From NCBI GenBank assembly GCA_964016885.1, contig OZ024740.1, positions 182,838,001-182,902,000 on the forward strand: DNA of 64,000 bases, written 5' to 3'. Made by a program: the position numbers and the translations under genes. Positions within the stretch are counted from its first letter, which is position 1, and each line of letters begins with the position of its first letter. Of this stretch, positions 49,031 through 63,149 are shown piece by piece. The notes under the pieces were generated by a model. That model saw only the letters and a list, made by a program, of their open reading frames with translations. It was not told the DNA's origin and ran no database searches. The stretch comes from Eledone cirrhosa. Lineage: Eukaryota.

Positions 49031-50084
49031 AACAATTTGTTGAAAGTAATTGAACATTACTTTTTCCAATCAATAAAAAAAAGTAAAGTATGTACGATTA
49101 TACATAACTACCTGAATCACAAGTTTGCCTCATCAGGGTTTACCTGGGGCTAAAATAAATCTTTGTGTTTCATGTCACTTTTCCAGTTTTGTAATTTGTT
49201 TATAAATATTTTGTCCTAACCCACTACTGTTTACTTATCTCTTAGATTCTATTTCTAATTAGTTTAAAACACTTGATACTTTATCATTAATTGATCAATA
49301 AACACTCTATTATCTGAAGTGTGTATTTTATAAATCCGTTTATTTCTTTTTTCTAAAACATAAAACCCAAAAAACAAAAAATAAACAAATGAAATGAAAA
49401 GCATCAAGAGATTGGTAATGTGTATCTTGTTACTGTGATTTAATTCTCAACAGAAATATAAGTATTTAAAACTCTTAACAGCTGAGTTCACTGACCTTTT
49501 GCAGGATTGTGCTCACATCAGGCGAAATACCACAGAGTACTTTAATACTATCTATGATTAACTACGATTGTGTACATGTTGGGAGTCTAATAACTTTTAT
49601 GAAGGCATGTAGTGATTAGCCATTATCTTAGCCAATAATATAAAACAATTAACACAAGTTTTCTTCTCTGGCACTCGAACAATTGCACCACTGCCGTACT
49701 CTACACAAGCTTGTAATTGGGAAATAATTGTTTCTACTTTTGGTACAAGGCCAGCAATTATCCAGTACATTACTGGTACTTTATTTTATCGACCCCATAA
49801 GGATGAAAGGCAAACCTTGGCAGGATTTGAACTCAGACCATAAAGGGCCGTAACTCTTTGCTGCAAAGCATGGCGTCCGACTCTCTACTGATACTGCCAT
49901 CCACCGCTGTAATTGGGAAATAATGTTAGCCTCATCAGGATATAAACTCAGAATACAAAAGAACAAAATAAATACTACAGTTTATTTTTCCTTGTGCTTT
50001 AAAGCTTTTGCCAGTCTGTTGCCTTAGTTTTCTATTTAGAATTTACAATTGCTTTGAGTTTAAATACAATTATTTATGCATTGG

Positions 50085-50368
50085 GTAGAGGCATCTGGCA
50101 TAGAGGTAATGGAGTTGAACTTATGATCATAATGTCATGGGTTTTATTCCTAGACTGGGTTGTGTGTTGTGTTCTTAAGCAAAACACTTTATTTCATGTT
50201 GCTCCAGTATACTCAACTGAAAATGAGTGCCAGCTATAGCTGGGGATTTAACCCTGTGATGGACTGGCATCCTGCCAGTGGGAAGTGTTGTATTCTAAGC
50301 CCCTTCATGCTACAGAAAATGGAATAAACACTGACCTGATGAGCCTCCAGGTTCAAGAGAGACTTTAG
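50085..50368 (+). mobile_element. V-domain-like tRNA SINE (related copies ~61473-61710, ~63318-63590)
   Basis: tRNA-like head, CTTAAGCAAAACACTT, CCCTGTGATGGACTGGCATCCTG, GCTACAGAAA..CCTGATGAGCC blocks. Confidence 0.6.
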
Positions 50369-53300
50369 AGTTTTTTTATAGTGTTCTAGCTCCTCATTCC
50401 ACAGAGATAAACTGACTACCATAAAGTCCCTCATCCTATACTATTAAATAAATCTGTTTCTATTTAATTTAATTCAACCAACATCATAAACCTACATAAC
50501 AACACATAGCATAATGCAAAATAGTGAACAACATAATTAAATAAATGAGGGCAATTGGATTATTAAAGAGAAATATGAAAACTATGTAATAGAATGATGC
50601 ACAATTAAAGTAAAACACTAAATACAAAATAATTTTCATAACAACTATATATGTAAGTTTGCATAGATTTTAATTGAATGTTCAAGTGTTTATGCATACT
50701 GTGTAAATTTTTAGTATTGATTTAGTGTTAATAGGTTAAAGGCGGGCATATATTCCATTATTGATTTATGCATTAAAAAATAAACTCTGTACACTTACTC
50801 AATAGAATTGTTAACACATAATAAATTCTATAAAAATTAATGACAAAAGTTTCTGATTTAATTAATTATGTATTGATACTCTACAAATTCTTATCTTTTA
50901 ATTATCATCAATAATAGATAAGTTAACGTTGTGCAGGAAACATAAAAACAAAACAAGTAGAAGTAATATGCAGTGAGAAAACATAATTGATATTAGTCAA
51001 TTAGTAATATTATTTTAATTTACTGACTAATAAAATTAAAATAATATTAGTCACTGATTAATATTATTTTTTATTTTTTTTGTTTTTACGTCACTGCGTA
51101 ATTATTTTCTAGTTAGCTCTTTTAATGACCCTTCAATTAAAATGTTAGCACTAACTTAACTATTATTCTTGTTGTCTCTAAATTCATTAATTATTAATTT
51201 TATTCATTCAGATATTGCCATCTTGTTATAAGTGATTCTGTTTTTTTTTTTGTTTTTGTTTTTTTTTGCAAGGGGTGTAAAGAAGAAAATATTAAGATAC
51301 TGCTGCTGTTGTTGTTGTTTAGTTCTAATTCGTCTGGAGAATGTGCAAAATCATTCAAATGACTTGTATATATTCCAGCACCTCGAATTCTGCATTCAAA
51401 TTCAGCCAAGTTCATCTTTGGCTTTCATCCTTCTTGTGTCAATAAATAAAGAACCTCGCAAAAGCAGTGAACTGGCAAAATTGTTAGAACATAAAAAGGG
51501 ATCCCTAGCAGTATATGTTCTGGCACTTTGCATTCAGAGTTCAAATTTCACTGTGAACTTCTTGGGCAGTAGACTTAATGTACTGTCTGGTTTAACTCCA
51601 CCACTGAGCCTTTGGATGTCTTTAGAAAACTCCACTCTATTGCAAGCATTTGGTGCACATACCTGCTTCGAAGATATATTCTTTCCTTCAACCAGTCTTG
51701 AAAGCCCTGAAAAAAAATCAAGGCATGTGTGTTGCTCTTCTTCCTAAGTATTAAAAAGAGGTTTGCATTGATTGAACAAACATATCATCTAAGATATTTC
51801 CAGCCATGTCCATCACATCTTTTTAAGAGATATCTGTGACTACATTATCTAATCTGTCCTTCCTTTTGGTGTGTAATTTGAGGAATATCTGACTCACAAT
51901 TATAACAGGCTGAGCAACAATGTAGAGGCTTCCTCTCACATTGGCCCCCAAAAATACTGATGATGATAATTGTAGCAATAATCATAACTGTAACAAAAAT
52001 CATTACAATTGATGGTAATGTTAGACTTTTGGAATAGTTCATGGCTATATATAAAACATAATTTGAACATCACCCTCTCCCGACCAATAAACGAATTTCT
52101 GAAACACAAACAACAAGCACTTTAAGGTCTATTATCTGCTAACACAGGGGCCAACCTTACTAGAGCCCCATGATGAGCTTCTTCCTTTTGCCTATCATCT
52201 GCATTCTCCCTCATCAACCTCCTCATTTTCATTTTCTTCCTCTTTTATCATCTTTAGCTGTGTCGTTATTGGTCTTTCTTTGTTCTTCCTTTCACATGTA
52301 TTTCTGAAAATCCTCTCACCTAGTCACTTTATTCTTCCTCAACATATCACTCAGCCATCTAATTCCATTCCTCTTCACAACATTTATCAATGGCACTATT
52401 CCTATCAACTTTTGCAATTCAGTGTTTGTATTCTGCTCTCTAAGCAATAATCTGCTCATCCAGAAACTTTTAAGGAAGATACATATCTTAAATTAATAAT
52501 TATTTTCTGACTTTGAAACTGAAATAGGAGACAGAAAGGATTCTTTTCATCTTCTTATAATTGCTATAAAGAAAGTATATAGCAAATATGGTAGTAATCA
52601 TAACAAAGATTGTTTCATTGGATGGTGTTGTAAAAAAAAGTAGATTGCTAAAAAATAATTACTTGCATCAAAACCAAAAATTAAACTTCTGAAACACAAA
52701 CCTTTGAGGAAGATGCATATTTTGAATTAACAGCTATTTTCTGACTTTGAAACTGAAATAGGAGACAAACAGGATTTTTCTTATATTCTTATATTTATTA
52801 CTAAGAAGAGAGAATAAAGAAAAAAAAATATGAGAATTTAAAAAAAAGGAAACATTGAACAGAAATTTGTCGTGTTACCATTATTGGAATATTCAATAAG
52901 TGAGCCAAGACTCTCAGAGAACATCAATTTATATGAATTGTTAAACACATAGCACATATACTTACGTACATGGTATAGTGGTTTGATTTTCTAAACCACT
53001 AGAGTATATTAGTATTATGCAATGATTTATCATTGCATTTGTATACCCTGACAATAAAATTGAATTGAATTGAATGTATCTTCAGAGCCCATAAAGTAGT
53101 ATGGTTTAAAAAATATAAAAATATATAATCTCCACCACCAACACAAAGAAAAATAATAATAAACAAAAAAGAAATGATTTTCATCAGGATTCTACACATG
53201 GACAAGAATGAAACCATTACGTTCCAGTTAACTTCGAAATGGTTATCATATCCACAAAAGTATATAGCCATACACCATATTTCTTGCCAAATTGCTTATT

Positions 53301-54745
53301 CAGTATAATATTTTATTTTCATTTATCTTTTATTTTATTTCTTTTTACATTTTAACAATGTTAGAAAGCTTCACAAAGCAACATTATCTGACTTAGTTTA
53401 GGTTTGAGGGTTTTTTGTTGGTTTTGTTTTATTTTAAAATATAAGGTCTTTGATGCTGGCACCAAATTAACCATACTTGATATTGTTGTTTCGATTGTTT
53501 TTACTTTCATTTTTGTCGTTGCTGTATATAATTTCTATGCCCCTCCCCCTCTCACCACTCTTCATTACCCCTTCTCACACACATCCTCATCATTGGGGAT
53601 TTTTATTAGATATAAATTCCATTCCATCAGGCAAGCGGGTGAGAGATCGTAGCTTTGGTAAGTTATATTCGGTAGGTAACATTAATGCTGGGAGATAGTT
53701 TCATGCGGAAAGTTTAATTGGCAAGCCAGAGAATCTGTGCATTAGTGCAGAATGGATAATGTGATGCAAGCTTTGTAAAACAACAAGGCATAATACTTGT
53801 TCATAGAGTGTTTAAAAAGTAAAAACTACAACAACTGCAATGACATTAACAATAATATTTCTTTTTGGAAAATATATGAGTTTGAGGATGATGTTTGTAT
53901 GTATATATATTCTTTCTACTTTCTTTGTCTCAATGAGACAGTATGTTGAGAAAGTATATTTGCCACAGACATAGATAACTTTTGTTTTGTTTAATTTTTG
54001 TTTACAAATATCTTCTGTCCTATAATGGAGTAGTAAAATAAAAAAGGTATAAAGAACATTTGTTTTACTGTTCTATCAAGTTGTATTGATTGAAAGCTTA
54101 AGATAAGATATTATTCTCTGTGAAACACATTTAACTAAGGAAGGCAAAGTGTTGTATGCTGGGCAGTTTATGAAAATATTTTGACAAATCAGAGTTGACA
54201 AATAATCAGCTATAATTTATAAGGATGTGTACTTAATGATAGATAATTTACATCATATACAGAACAAGCAAGTTTATTTTGATGAATGCAAGCTTTACAG
54301 TTATGTTTTATCATAGCTACAGATGTTTTATTGCTGTATTCTGGGGAGAACCATGTTTATCATTTAAGTATACACATATGCACACCAGTGTTATTTCTTT
54401 CCTTTCTTCTATGCTGGCAATATTTGGATAGGTTTGCAGTATGGAAGAGGAAAAAATCACTACTGTATTATTTCATCCCTGAAGGCCGAGCATTGAAATG
54501 CATCATTTCATTATTTTCAGCCAACAACTTCACTGGAGACAAAGGCAGCATCCAGTGTCACCACAAGCAGTAGTTTTTTTATGCTGCACTGAATGCCCAT
54601 TTGCATGAAATATTGGTACTAGCACAATTGACACTAACAGTTGCTTTTCACAATTAAGAGAAACATTTTTCATAAACCTTCTACTACCCTATCAAAGAGA
54701 GGAACAGTTTAGATCATTAAGTCTTTTTGCTAAATCCATGAATGT

Positions 54746-54816
<71 letters not shown>

Positions 54817-54826
54817 ATATATATGT

Positions 54827-55195
54827 GTGCTCAAGGGGAGGTTAGACAAGACCACACACACCAACCTCTTCAATAGCACAGTTTTACCTACAATGTTATA
54901 TGGCAGTGAAACTTGGGCTACAACGAAGAGAGAAGAGCAGAGGCTGGTAACGGCTCAAAGAGCCATGGAGAGATCAATGCTAGGAATCTCATTGAGAGAG
55001 CACATCAGGAGTGAAGTCATCAGACAGAAGTCCGGCAAGAGGGATGTCATCACGGAATATATGCGCAGCAAATTCAGATGGGCTGGACACGTTGCCCGGT
55101 TCACCGATATTCGGTAAACCCGCGCACTTGCCGAGTGGTAACCGCACGAGCAGAAACGACCACCCAGAAGCCCTCCACGAAGGTGGAGTTACGAT
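54827..55195 (+). mobile_element. Fragment of a different RTE family
   Basis: LFNSTVLPTMLYGSETW..QRAMERSMLGIS..KFRWAGHVAR. Confidence 0.85.
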
Positions 55196-55219
55196 GTTAT
55201 ATATATATATATATATATA

Positions 55220-55742
55220 GGATGACAACTGTATAAAAAAGTGCAGGGCATTGAAAATTGATGGGAGCTACAGAGTGGGTAGACCAAGAAAAACCTGGGA
55301 CGAGCTGATAAAAACTGACCTTGCTCACTTACACTTCTCCTAGACAATGACAATGGATCGAGATCTTTGGTACCATGCAGTTGTACAGAAGACCCAACAC
55401 TGCCATTGCATACAAACCTACAGTCAGTAAGCACCTCTTAACCCAATGTACACCCCACACCACACAGCCTACCCCATCCTCCCTTTCCCGTACTGTCCAC
55501 TGTGTCGATAACACATCAGTCCACACAGTAAGGTGGCCGTGTAGGAGACATGGTAAAAAGGCTCCCAGTCCACACTGTAAATGTGGTTGGTGTTAGGAAG
55601 GGCATCCAGCTGTAAAAAACCTGCCAGAGACACTTCTGTATGAGCAAGACACGGTCTCCCAACCATTCCTGCATCAAATGGAACAAAACCATCCTACCCA
55701 TGCTAGCATGGAAGGTGGACATTAAACGATGATGATGATGAT
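55220..55742 (+). mobile_element. RTE 3' end (long-3'UTR family)
   Basis: Homologous to 60890-61460. Confidence 0.85.
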
Positions 55743-57329
55743 ATATATATATATATATCATCATTACTTTATGTCTATTTTCATACTTGGAGGTTTTGAT
55801 TGGGTTGTCATATTCTGAGGCATGACAGACAGATCAGATGACAGTATCATGCTCATGTATTCCATTTTGAAATGGTTTCTACTGCTGGAAACTCTACCTA
55901 ATGCCAATCACTTTGTAGCATGTACTGAATTTGTTTACTTGTGGTGCCACCCCTACAACATGGTAAGGTGAGTGGGTGCTTTTTCCTATGGTACCAGCAC
56001 TAACACTTTATAAAGTGGGCTGGGTGCATTTTATCATGAAACCAGCACTTCAAATATGTATAAACCAATATGTTTATCAAGATATAGGATAGGTCTGAAA
56101 ATTTATCTATTTGTCTTTTTCATGAAAATGTTCCAGTAAGTTGTTGGAATTACACTTGGAGAAAAAAAAATGTTAGAAAAATGTGTCTATATATATATTG
56201 ATGAAGGGCAGGTAAAATTCCTGAGATTTATGGATGAGTATAATGGCTTTTAAAGAAATTCAAAAAATAATAAATGTTTTAGTCTTTTAAAAGAAAATAA
56301 TGATGCATTCGTCAAAATATTACTCGAGCTGTGTCACTAGATATATTTTTCAAAAATGTCTCTAGATATAATAAAGAAAAAATCTGTTGGCATATTGTTC
56401 ATAATTGATCTATCCATATTAATAATCTAGCTACATCGAATTCTGAAATATGTTCCTATAGTCTTATTAATAAGATTTGTTTTGCATTGAATAATAAAAG
56501 TTGTATTGTTGTCAGAACGAAAATCAATGTTAGCAAAGTTATTTCTCGACATGATAATATTGATAAGAGGAGACACGTATTATTCTAAATGATTTCTGTG
56601 CCATAAATGTATTATGAGAAGCAAGAATGTGAAATAATAATAAACACGGAGTGAATAATTTGAATTTCAAATGTGACAACAAACAATGAATGAAGATGGA
56701 AATAATTTACACGGAAGATCCCTGACATATTTAAAAAAATTATGAGAGCTCCACTGTACATTGTTACAGGTAATTTTCACTTGATTATTTAATATACATA
56801 TCAAATACATATGTATGTTGTGTGTATACATATCAAATACATATGTATGAATGTGTGTGTGTGTGTATATATGACTGGGTTGCATATTGAATGATATACA
56901 AATTGTTCATGTCAAACATTTTTGAAGCTCAAGGAATTTCAAAAGCAGTGATATTTTTCCATCACTATTCTTAGTAACCAAGAGAGTGCACCTTGATGAT
57001 ACAATTTCTGGCTCATTAACCACCGTCAGATGGGCTCACTCCTCTAGGATGCAATGATGAAATAAGCTAAAGGTTTATAGTTTTCATGGTTATGAATATT
57101 GACTGATGAAGTTCATTTGCATACAAAGCAAAGCATCTTAGCTTCCAAGAGCAGTAGGCTCCTCTGAGGATAGATAACAAGCCAGAAATTGTACCAACAG
57201 TGTCTTTCTTTTGATTACTAAGATTAGTGGTGAAAAAATGTGACTCCTTCTAAAATTCATAGCAAGGCTACAAAAATGTTTATTTACATGAACATTTCAT
57301 ATATGATTCAATATACAACCTTATTCATG

Positions 57330-58420
57330 TCTCAATCAAGATATGTCAGAGGACCGTGACAAGTGGAGGAAAGCTGTGCTGAATAGGACCCGTCCAACCC
57401 TTGCAAGCAGGGAAAAGCGGACGTAAAATGATGATGATGATGATGATGATGTATATATATCATCATTGTTCAAATAGACATTAAACGATGGTGATGATGA
57501 AGATGATATATATATATATCATCCTCATTTAACGTCTATCCTCCATGCTAGCATGGGTTAGACGGGTTTGTCCCATTTAGAGGCAAGTTGGGTTGGGTGA
57601 CCATGTCTCACTCATATAGAACTGTTTCTCGCTGGTTTTCTATGGCTGGATGCCCTTCCCAATTACAACCACATTTGCAGTGTGTGTTGGGTGTTTGCCA
57701 TGTCTCCTACATGACCATTTTTCAGTGTGGGCAAGGTGCTTTTTGATGTGACATCTACACGACCACTTTACAGTGTGGACTGGATGTTTTGTGATACTAA
57801 CATAATATATATACATATATATATATCATGGTGATGATATATATATATATATGTGTGTATATAGATATATCATCATCAACATCACCTCCATTTTACGTTT
57901 CTTTTTTCATGCTAGCATGGGTTAGATGAATTGTCCTGATGTGTACAATGCTAAATCAGGTGACCATGTCTTGCTCATACAGAACTGATTCTGGCTTAGT
58001 TCCTACAGCTCAACGCCAACCTCATTTACAATGAAAACTGGGTGCCTTTTGTCATGGAACCTACACGACCACTTTGCAGTGTGGGCTGGGCATATTTTGC
58101 CATGTCACCATCAAGGCCACTTCACATTGGGGGCTGAGGGCTTCACTGGATGCATTTACTTCAGCCGGTCCTCATGGAGGTGTATGGGAGGGTGGTTTGG
58201 GTCATACTGTATATATGCTTCAGCGTGTGCCTGTGGGAAGTCGGGTCTTCTGTATTACTGCATGTCACCAGAGATCTTGGTCCTGTGTTATCACCTTTGA
58301 GAGGTGCAATTGGGCATGGTCAGCTTTTATCACCTCATCCTAAGTTTTCCTTGGTCTCCCCACTTCAAAGCTTCAATCGTCTTTGAGTGCTCTGCACCTT
58401 CTCATGCAACTGTCATAGAT
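57330..58420. mobile_element. Cluster of RTE 3' ends and non-autonomous RTE derivatives
   Basis: 57330-57450(+) matches the tail of the 10.9 kb LINE; 57520-57790(-) and 57870-58420(-) match the long-3'UTR family. Confidence 0.8.
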
Positions 58421-58914
58421 AGAGAGATGCCTATTCATGTACATGTGTACGTGTGTGTTTGCACATGTATGTATGTGTAGAAAGACAGGTTCTTCTGCCT
58501 AGACCACCATTTGCAGATTGTGAATCAACATGAGATATTCTTCACCACAAAGTTCTATCACCAACAGAAGAGTTTAAAGAGCAAAGATCCAGTCCATTCC
58601 ATTCAAAAAGACAGGTTATATTCTCCTTAATAGTTCATTCTCTCTGTAAACTATTTCATAGTTCATTCTCTCTGTAAACCATATTTTATAGTTAATTATT
58701 TAGCATTTGGAAAGATAGCAAGCAACAAAATTGTCTGAATATGTAAACAAATCTTACAAATACTGATTATATATTTGATAGATTGACAGAAAACTATTTC
58801 TCAATTTTTAACTATATCCCTTTATATTCAAATCTTATCAAGGATGAATGTGCGTAATACCAAAAATAATATGTATAACTTTTAATTTACTTGCATTAAT
58901 TAACTAATATTTAT

Positions 58915-59252
58915 GATGGAGGCACATGGCTTAGTGGTTAGAGCATTGGCCTTGCAATCGAAAGGTTGTGAGTTCAATTCTCTGACCGGGTGATGTGTTG
59001 TTTCCTTGAGCAAGACACTTTATTTCCCATTGCTCCAGTTTACTCAGCTGTAGAAATGAGATGATAGGACTGAGGTCCCTATCATTCCACTGCAAAGTGG
59101 TCGTGGAGGTGCCGCGGCAAAAAAGTACCCAGCACTCACTGTAAATGAGGTTGGGGTTAGGAAAGGTATCCAGCTGTAGAAATCAAGCCAGAATCAGTTC
59201 CCGTCCCACACTTGCAAGCAGGGAAAAGTGGATGTAAAATGAAATGATGATG
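58915..59252 (+). mobile_element. tRNA-derived SINE with RTE tail
   Basis: Full-length homolog of 14867-15190; TGGCTTAGTGG A box, GAGTTCAATTC B box. Confidence 0.87.
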
Positions 59253-59392
59253 TCTCTAACTAACTGAGCCAAAATCTAATTATATCAGCAATTGCTTTTC
59301 TGTAAATGTGTGTGTGTGTATATATATTGTGATTCCAATGCTCTAACCTCTAAGTTACACACCTTCTCTTTGGAAAAATATATATATATATA

Positions 59393-61462
59393 TACCCAAT
59401 AGAGGGACCAGCAGTGTTAGTCGAAGGTAGTATAATAAGTAAGGCAATCAAAGATATGAAGACGGGTAAGGCGGCTGGGCCTTCGGAAATAGTTGCTGAG
59501 ATGCTGAAAGCCTCTGGAACGGTGGGACACACCATGGTCACCCGGATAGTAAACCAAGTCATACAGAATGGGGTTGTTCCGAAGGACTGGCATAGCAGCA
59601 TCGTCATTAACTGTTACAAGGGTAAAGGAGATGCCCTAGATAGGTGTAACTATAGAGGCATTAAATTAATCGACCAGGTCATGAAGGTCACGGAAAAAGT
59701 AATAGTGCAACTAATCAGAGAGAGAATTGATCTAGATGAAATGCAGTTCGGGTTTGTGTCAGCCAAAAGTACCACAGACGCTCTTTTCATTGTACGACAA
59801 CTACAGGAGAAGTACCTAGCTAAAAGTAAACCCCTATACTTAGCTTTTGTTGACTTGGAGAAAGCCTTCGACAGAGTCCCTCGTTCCATTATCTGGTGGG
59901 CTCTTAGAAAACTAGGTATTGACGAATGACTTGTGAGAGCGATACAAGCCATGTATAAAGAAACAGTCAGCAAGGTTAGAATTAACAACGAATATAGTGA
60001 AGAGTTTAGCGTAAAAGTTGGTGTCCATCAGGACTCTGTTCTTAGCCCCCTACTATTTATTATTGCCCTTCAGGCTATAACAGAGGAGTTCAAGACCGGC
60101 TGCCCATGGGAACTCCTATACGCAGATGATCTAGCGCTCATAGCTGAATCAATGACCGAGCTAGAGAAGAAATTCCAAACATGGAAGCACGGCCTAGAAT
60201 CAAAAGGCCTTAAAATTAACCTGGCTAAGACTAAAGTTCTAGTTTGTAGGAAAGAAAATAAGGCGGCGGTCCCTTCCGGGAAATGGCCATGCTCAGTATG
60301 TAGGAAAGGTGTAGGTAAAAACTCCATTTTATGTCCCAAATGCAAAGTATGGGTGCATAAAAGATGTAGTGGGATCACAGGTAAGCTAACTAAGAACATA
60401 GATTTTACATGTGGCCGGTGCTCTGGTGCAATAAGTAGCAGCAAGTGCCCACAAAATACTAGCTCTTTCAATTGCGCATAGGGTTCTATAGAAATAGTGG
60501 ACAGCTTCCGTTACCTGGGTGACAAAATCAGCAGTGGGGGAGGGTGCTCTGAAAGTACAGTAGCTAGAGTCAGAACTGGATGGAAAAAGTTCAGAGAGCT
60601 TATACCACTATTAGCCGCTAAAGGGTTCTCCCTAAAAATGAAAGGCAGGTTATATGATGCCTGCATACGAACAACAATGCTGCATGGGAGTGAGACCTGG
60701 GCATTGTGTGCAGAGGATATACGCAGACTAGAGAAGAACGAAGCTTGCATGCTCCGCTGGATGTGTAATAGTAATATACGTGAACGGCTAAGCATAAACA
60801 AACTAAGGAAAAAATTAGAAATAAGAGGGATCAGATGTTGTTTACTCGAGAGAAGGCTACGTTGGTATGGTCATGTGATGCGCATGAAAGATGACAGCTG
60901 TATAACAAAGTGCAGGGCAATAAAGATAGACGGTAGCCACGGAGTAGGCAGACCCAGAAAAACCTGGGACGACCTGATAAATTCCGAACTCACACACTTA
61001 CACCTCTCCAAGACAATGTCATTGGACCGAGACCTTTGGCGGTACTCAGTAATAGAGAAGACCCGCCTTACCTAAATACAAAGTAAAACCTACTACAGTC
61101 AGTAGGCATCTCTAACAAAACACACAGTTCACGCTGTAATGTGGCCGTGTAGGCAACACGGTAAAAACCTCCCAGCCCCACACTGTAAATGTGGTTGGTG
61201 TTAGGAAGGGCATCCAGCTGTAGAAAACCCGCCAAAGAGTCCACTCTGTAATGTGGCCGTGTAGGCAACACAGTAAAAACCTCCCAGCCCCACACTGTAA
61301 ATGTGGTTGGTGTTAGGAAGGGCATCGAGCTGTAGAAAAACCCGCCAGACAGTCCTATGCAAGCAAGACAATCATTCTTGCCTCAAGTGGGAAAACCCCC
61401 GTCCAAACCCATGCAAGCGTGGAACACGGACGTTAAACTTTGATGATGATGATGATGATGAT
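59393..61462 (+). mobile_element. 5'-truncated RTE LINE (RT with in-frame stops, ~385-bp 3' UTR, (TGA)n tail)
   Basis: ORFs 59414..59929, 59933..60481, 60497..61075 in one frame; DLEKAFD, YADD; tandem duplication in the 3' UTR. Confidence 0.95.
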
Positions 61463-61925
61463 ACTTTCCCAAAGTGAAGGTGTGTAGCTTAGTGGTTAGG
61501 GCATTGGAATCACAATTGTTAGGTTGTGAGTTTGAATCCCAGACTGGATGATTTGCCTTGTGTTCTTCATTGAGCAAGATAGGTATTTCACATGGCTTTA
61601 AAAATGACTTGGTACTAGACAACGTCACTAGTACCAGGCTTGGACAACATTGCGCTTCTGAGGCAGAAACTTTCGAGGTCATTCATGACTGAAAGGGGTC
61701 TTTACCATTCACCCTTACCCTCCCAAAGTATAACAACATATATAAAGCATTATGTTATTTGAAGGCTACGACTATGCAAAATGGATGCTAGATTTTGGAA
61801 TAAATTGATGACAACAAAGGTGTTGGTGTGTCACTTGATATTTTATTTACCTGTCCTATATTTTCTGTTTAAAAACCCTTTGTCAGAAATTGGGTCAGAG
61901 TTTGTGGTATTGCTTTCTTTATTAG

Positions 61926-61976
<51 letters not shown>

Positions 61977-63076
61977 ATACAATAACAGAGATAGCTTAAA
62001 GCTAAACTCCGACTGGTAACCATCTCACTCAACAAACATTAGGTTATATGTTAGTATAAACCCAATTTAAGTGTTTGGCGTGCTAACTATATGTATTTTG
62101 TGGAAAGCCAGTTGTATTATTTTATGAGATATAATTAAAGTTAAAATATATCTCTCTTTCCAAACAATTGTTTCATTATAAGTTTTCTACAAATTGGGAG
62201 AATGTTTCCAGTTTATGTAAAAGACTAACATATATTCATGTATATATATATATATATATATGTTAGATTATTGAATGGAACCCATATTGCTAGCAATTAT
62301 TTTATGGAAAAATGATTAGATAAATGGTATATACCATTTCAGAAATATCACAAACATTTGTTTAGAATGTTAATTGTGGTTGTCCATTTTAAATTATTTT
62401 TATTTCTTTGATTTAGGTCCTTCATTACTTGTCTTCCAGATTTATCTCATCATGCAAATACCAAATCCCAGTTTCACCATCTCATTACTTGACATTAACA
62501 TGTTTAAAACAAATAATTTGTAACATTTGAGGTAACCAAACAATGTATTTGCAATGCTTAAATATGTTAGCATTGTTAAATTGCCATTTCAACCAATTCT
62601 CTAAATGTCTGAAGTACTTTCACATTCATTCATCCATTCTATAATTCTACTTTCACCTGAAAATGTAACAACAAATAACTGCTGTCATTCCTCTCTTGAA
62701 GAAAACCTTAGAAAATTTGAAGCAATGAGTGACCCCTTATAGAGTTTCATTGCAATGTAGAAATTAGCACCTAACACTCCCTTTATTCACAATCTAACAG
62801 TACTAAAAAAACTAAAGGCAGGATATATTAGATAATGTAATATCAGATAAGCCATGCCTGTAATGATACCCTTGAGGCTAAACAACAATATGAACACAGG
62901 AAAGAGTCATATTAGCAAAATACATCTTTATGTGCACATTTGAGATGCTACAAATAATAGCTCATTCTCCTTCACAGCCCTACCATCTTAAATAAATGGA
63001 AAGAGACATTGGAATGTCAGAGCTGGGATATATTTTATGAGTTCTTCTGTTTTAGGGCTAACACAGATCTAAACAA

Positions 63077-63078
<2 letters not shown>

Positions 63079-63146
<68 letters not shown>
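63079..63146. repeat. (TC)n microsatellite; long (TA)n/(CA)n tracts occur throughout (e.g. 1330, 9200, 32020, 37150-37640)
   Basis: Directly visible. Confidence 0.95.

Positions 63147-63149
<3 letters not shown>

Noticed and set aside
51232-51747. 171-aa ORF
   Set aside because: Runs through poly-T, (GTT)n and decayed SINE sequence; no protein signal.
57095-57200. Two CTGANGA motifs
   Set aside because: Stems do not pair; at best very old remnants.
58915-58990. tRNA gene
   Set aside because: A/B boxes belong to a SINE head; no complete cloverleaf and it continues into the SINE body.
59927-59929. In-frame TGA as possible selenocysteine or readthrough codon
   Set aside because: Aligns to a Trp codon (TGG) in the 11.4-14 kb RTE; ordinary decay.
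61130-61340. Twister or HDV-like ribozyme in the RTE UTR module
   Set aside because: Hairpins are present, but I could not fit the required pseudoknots or conserved residues by eye.
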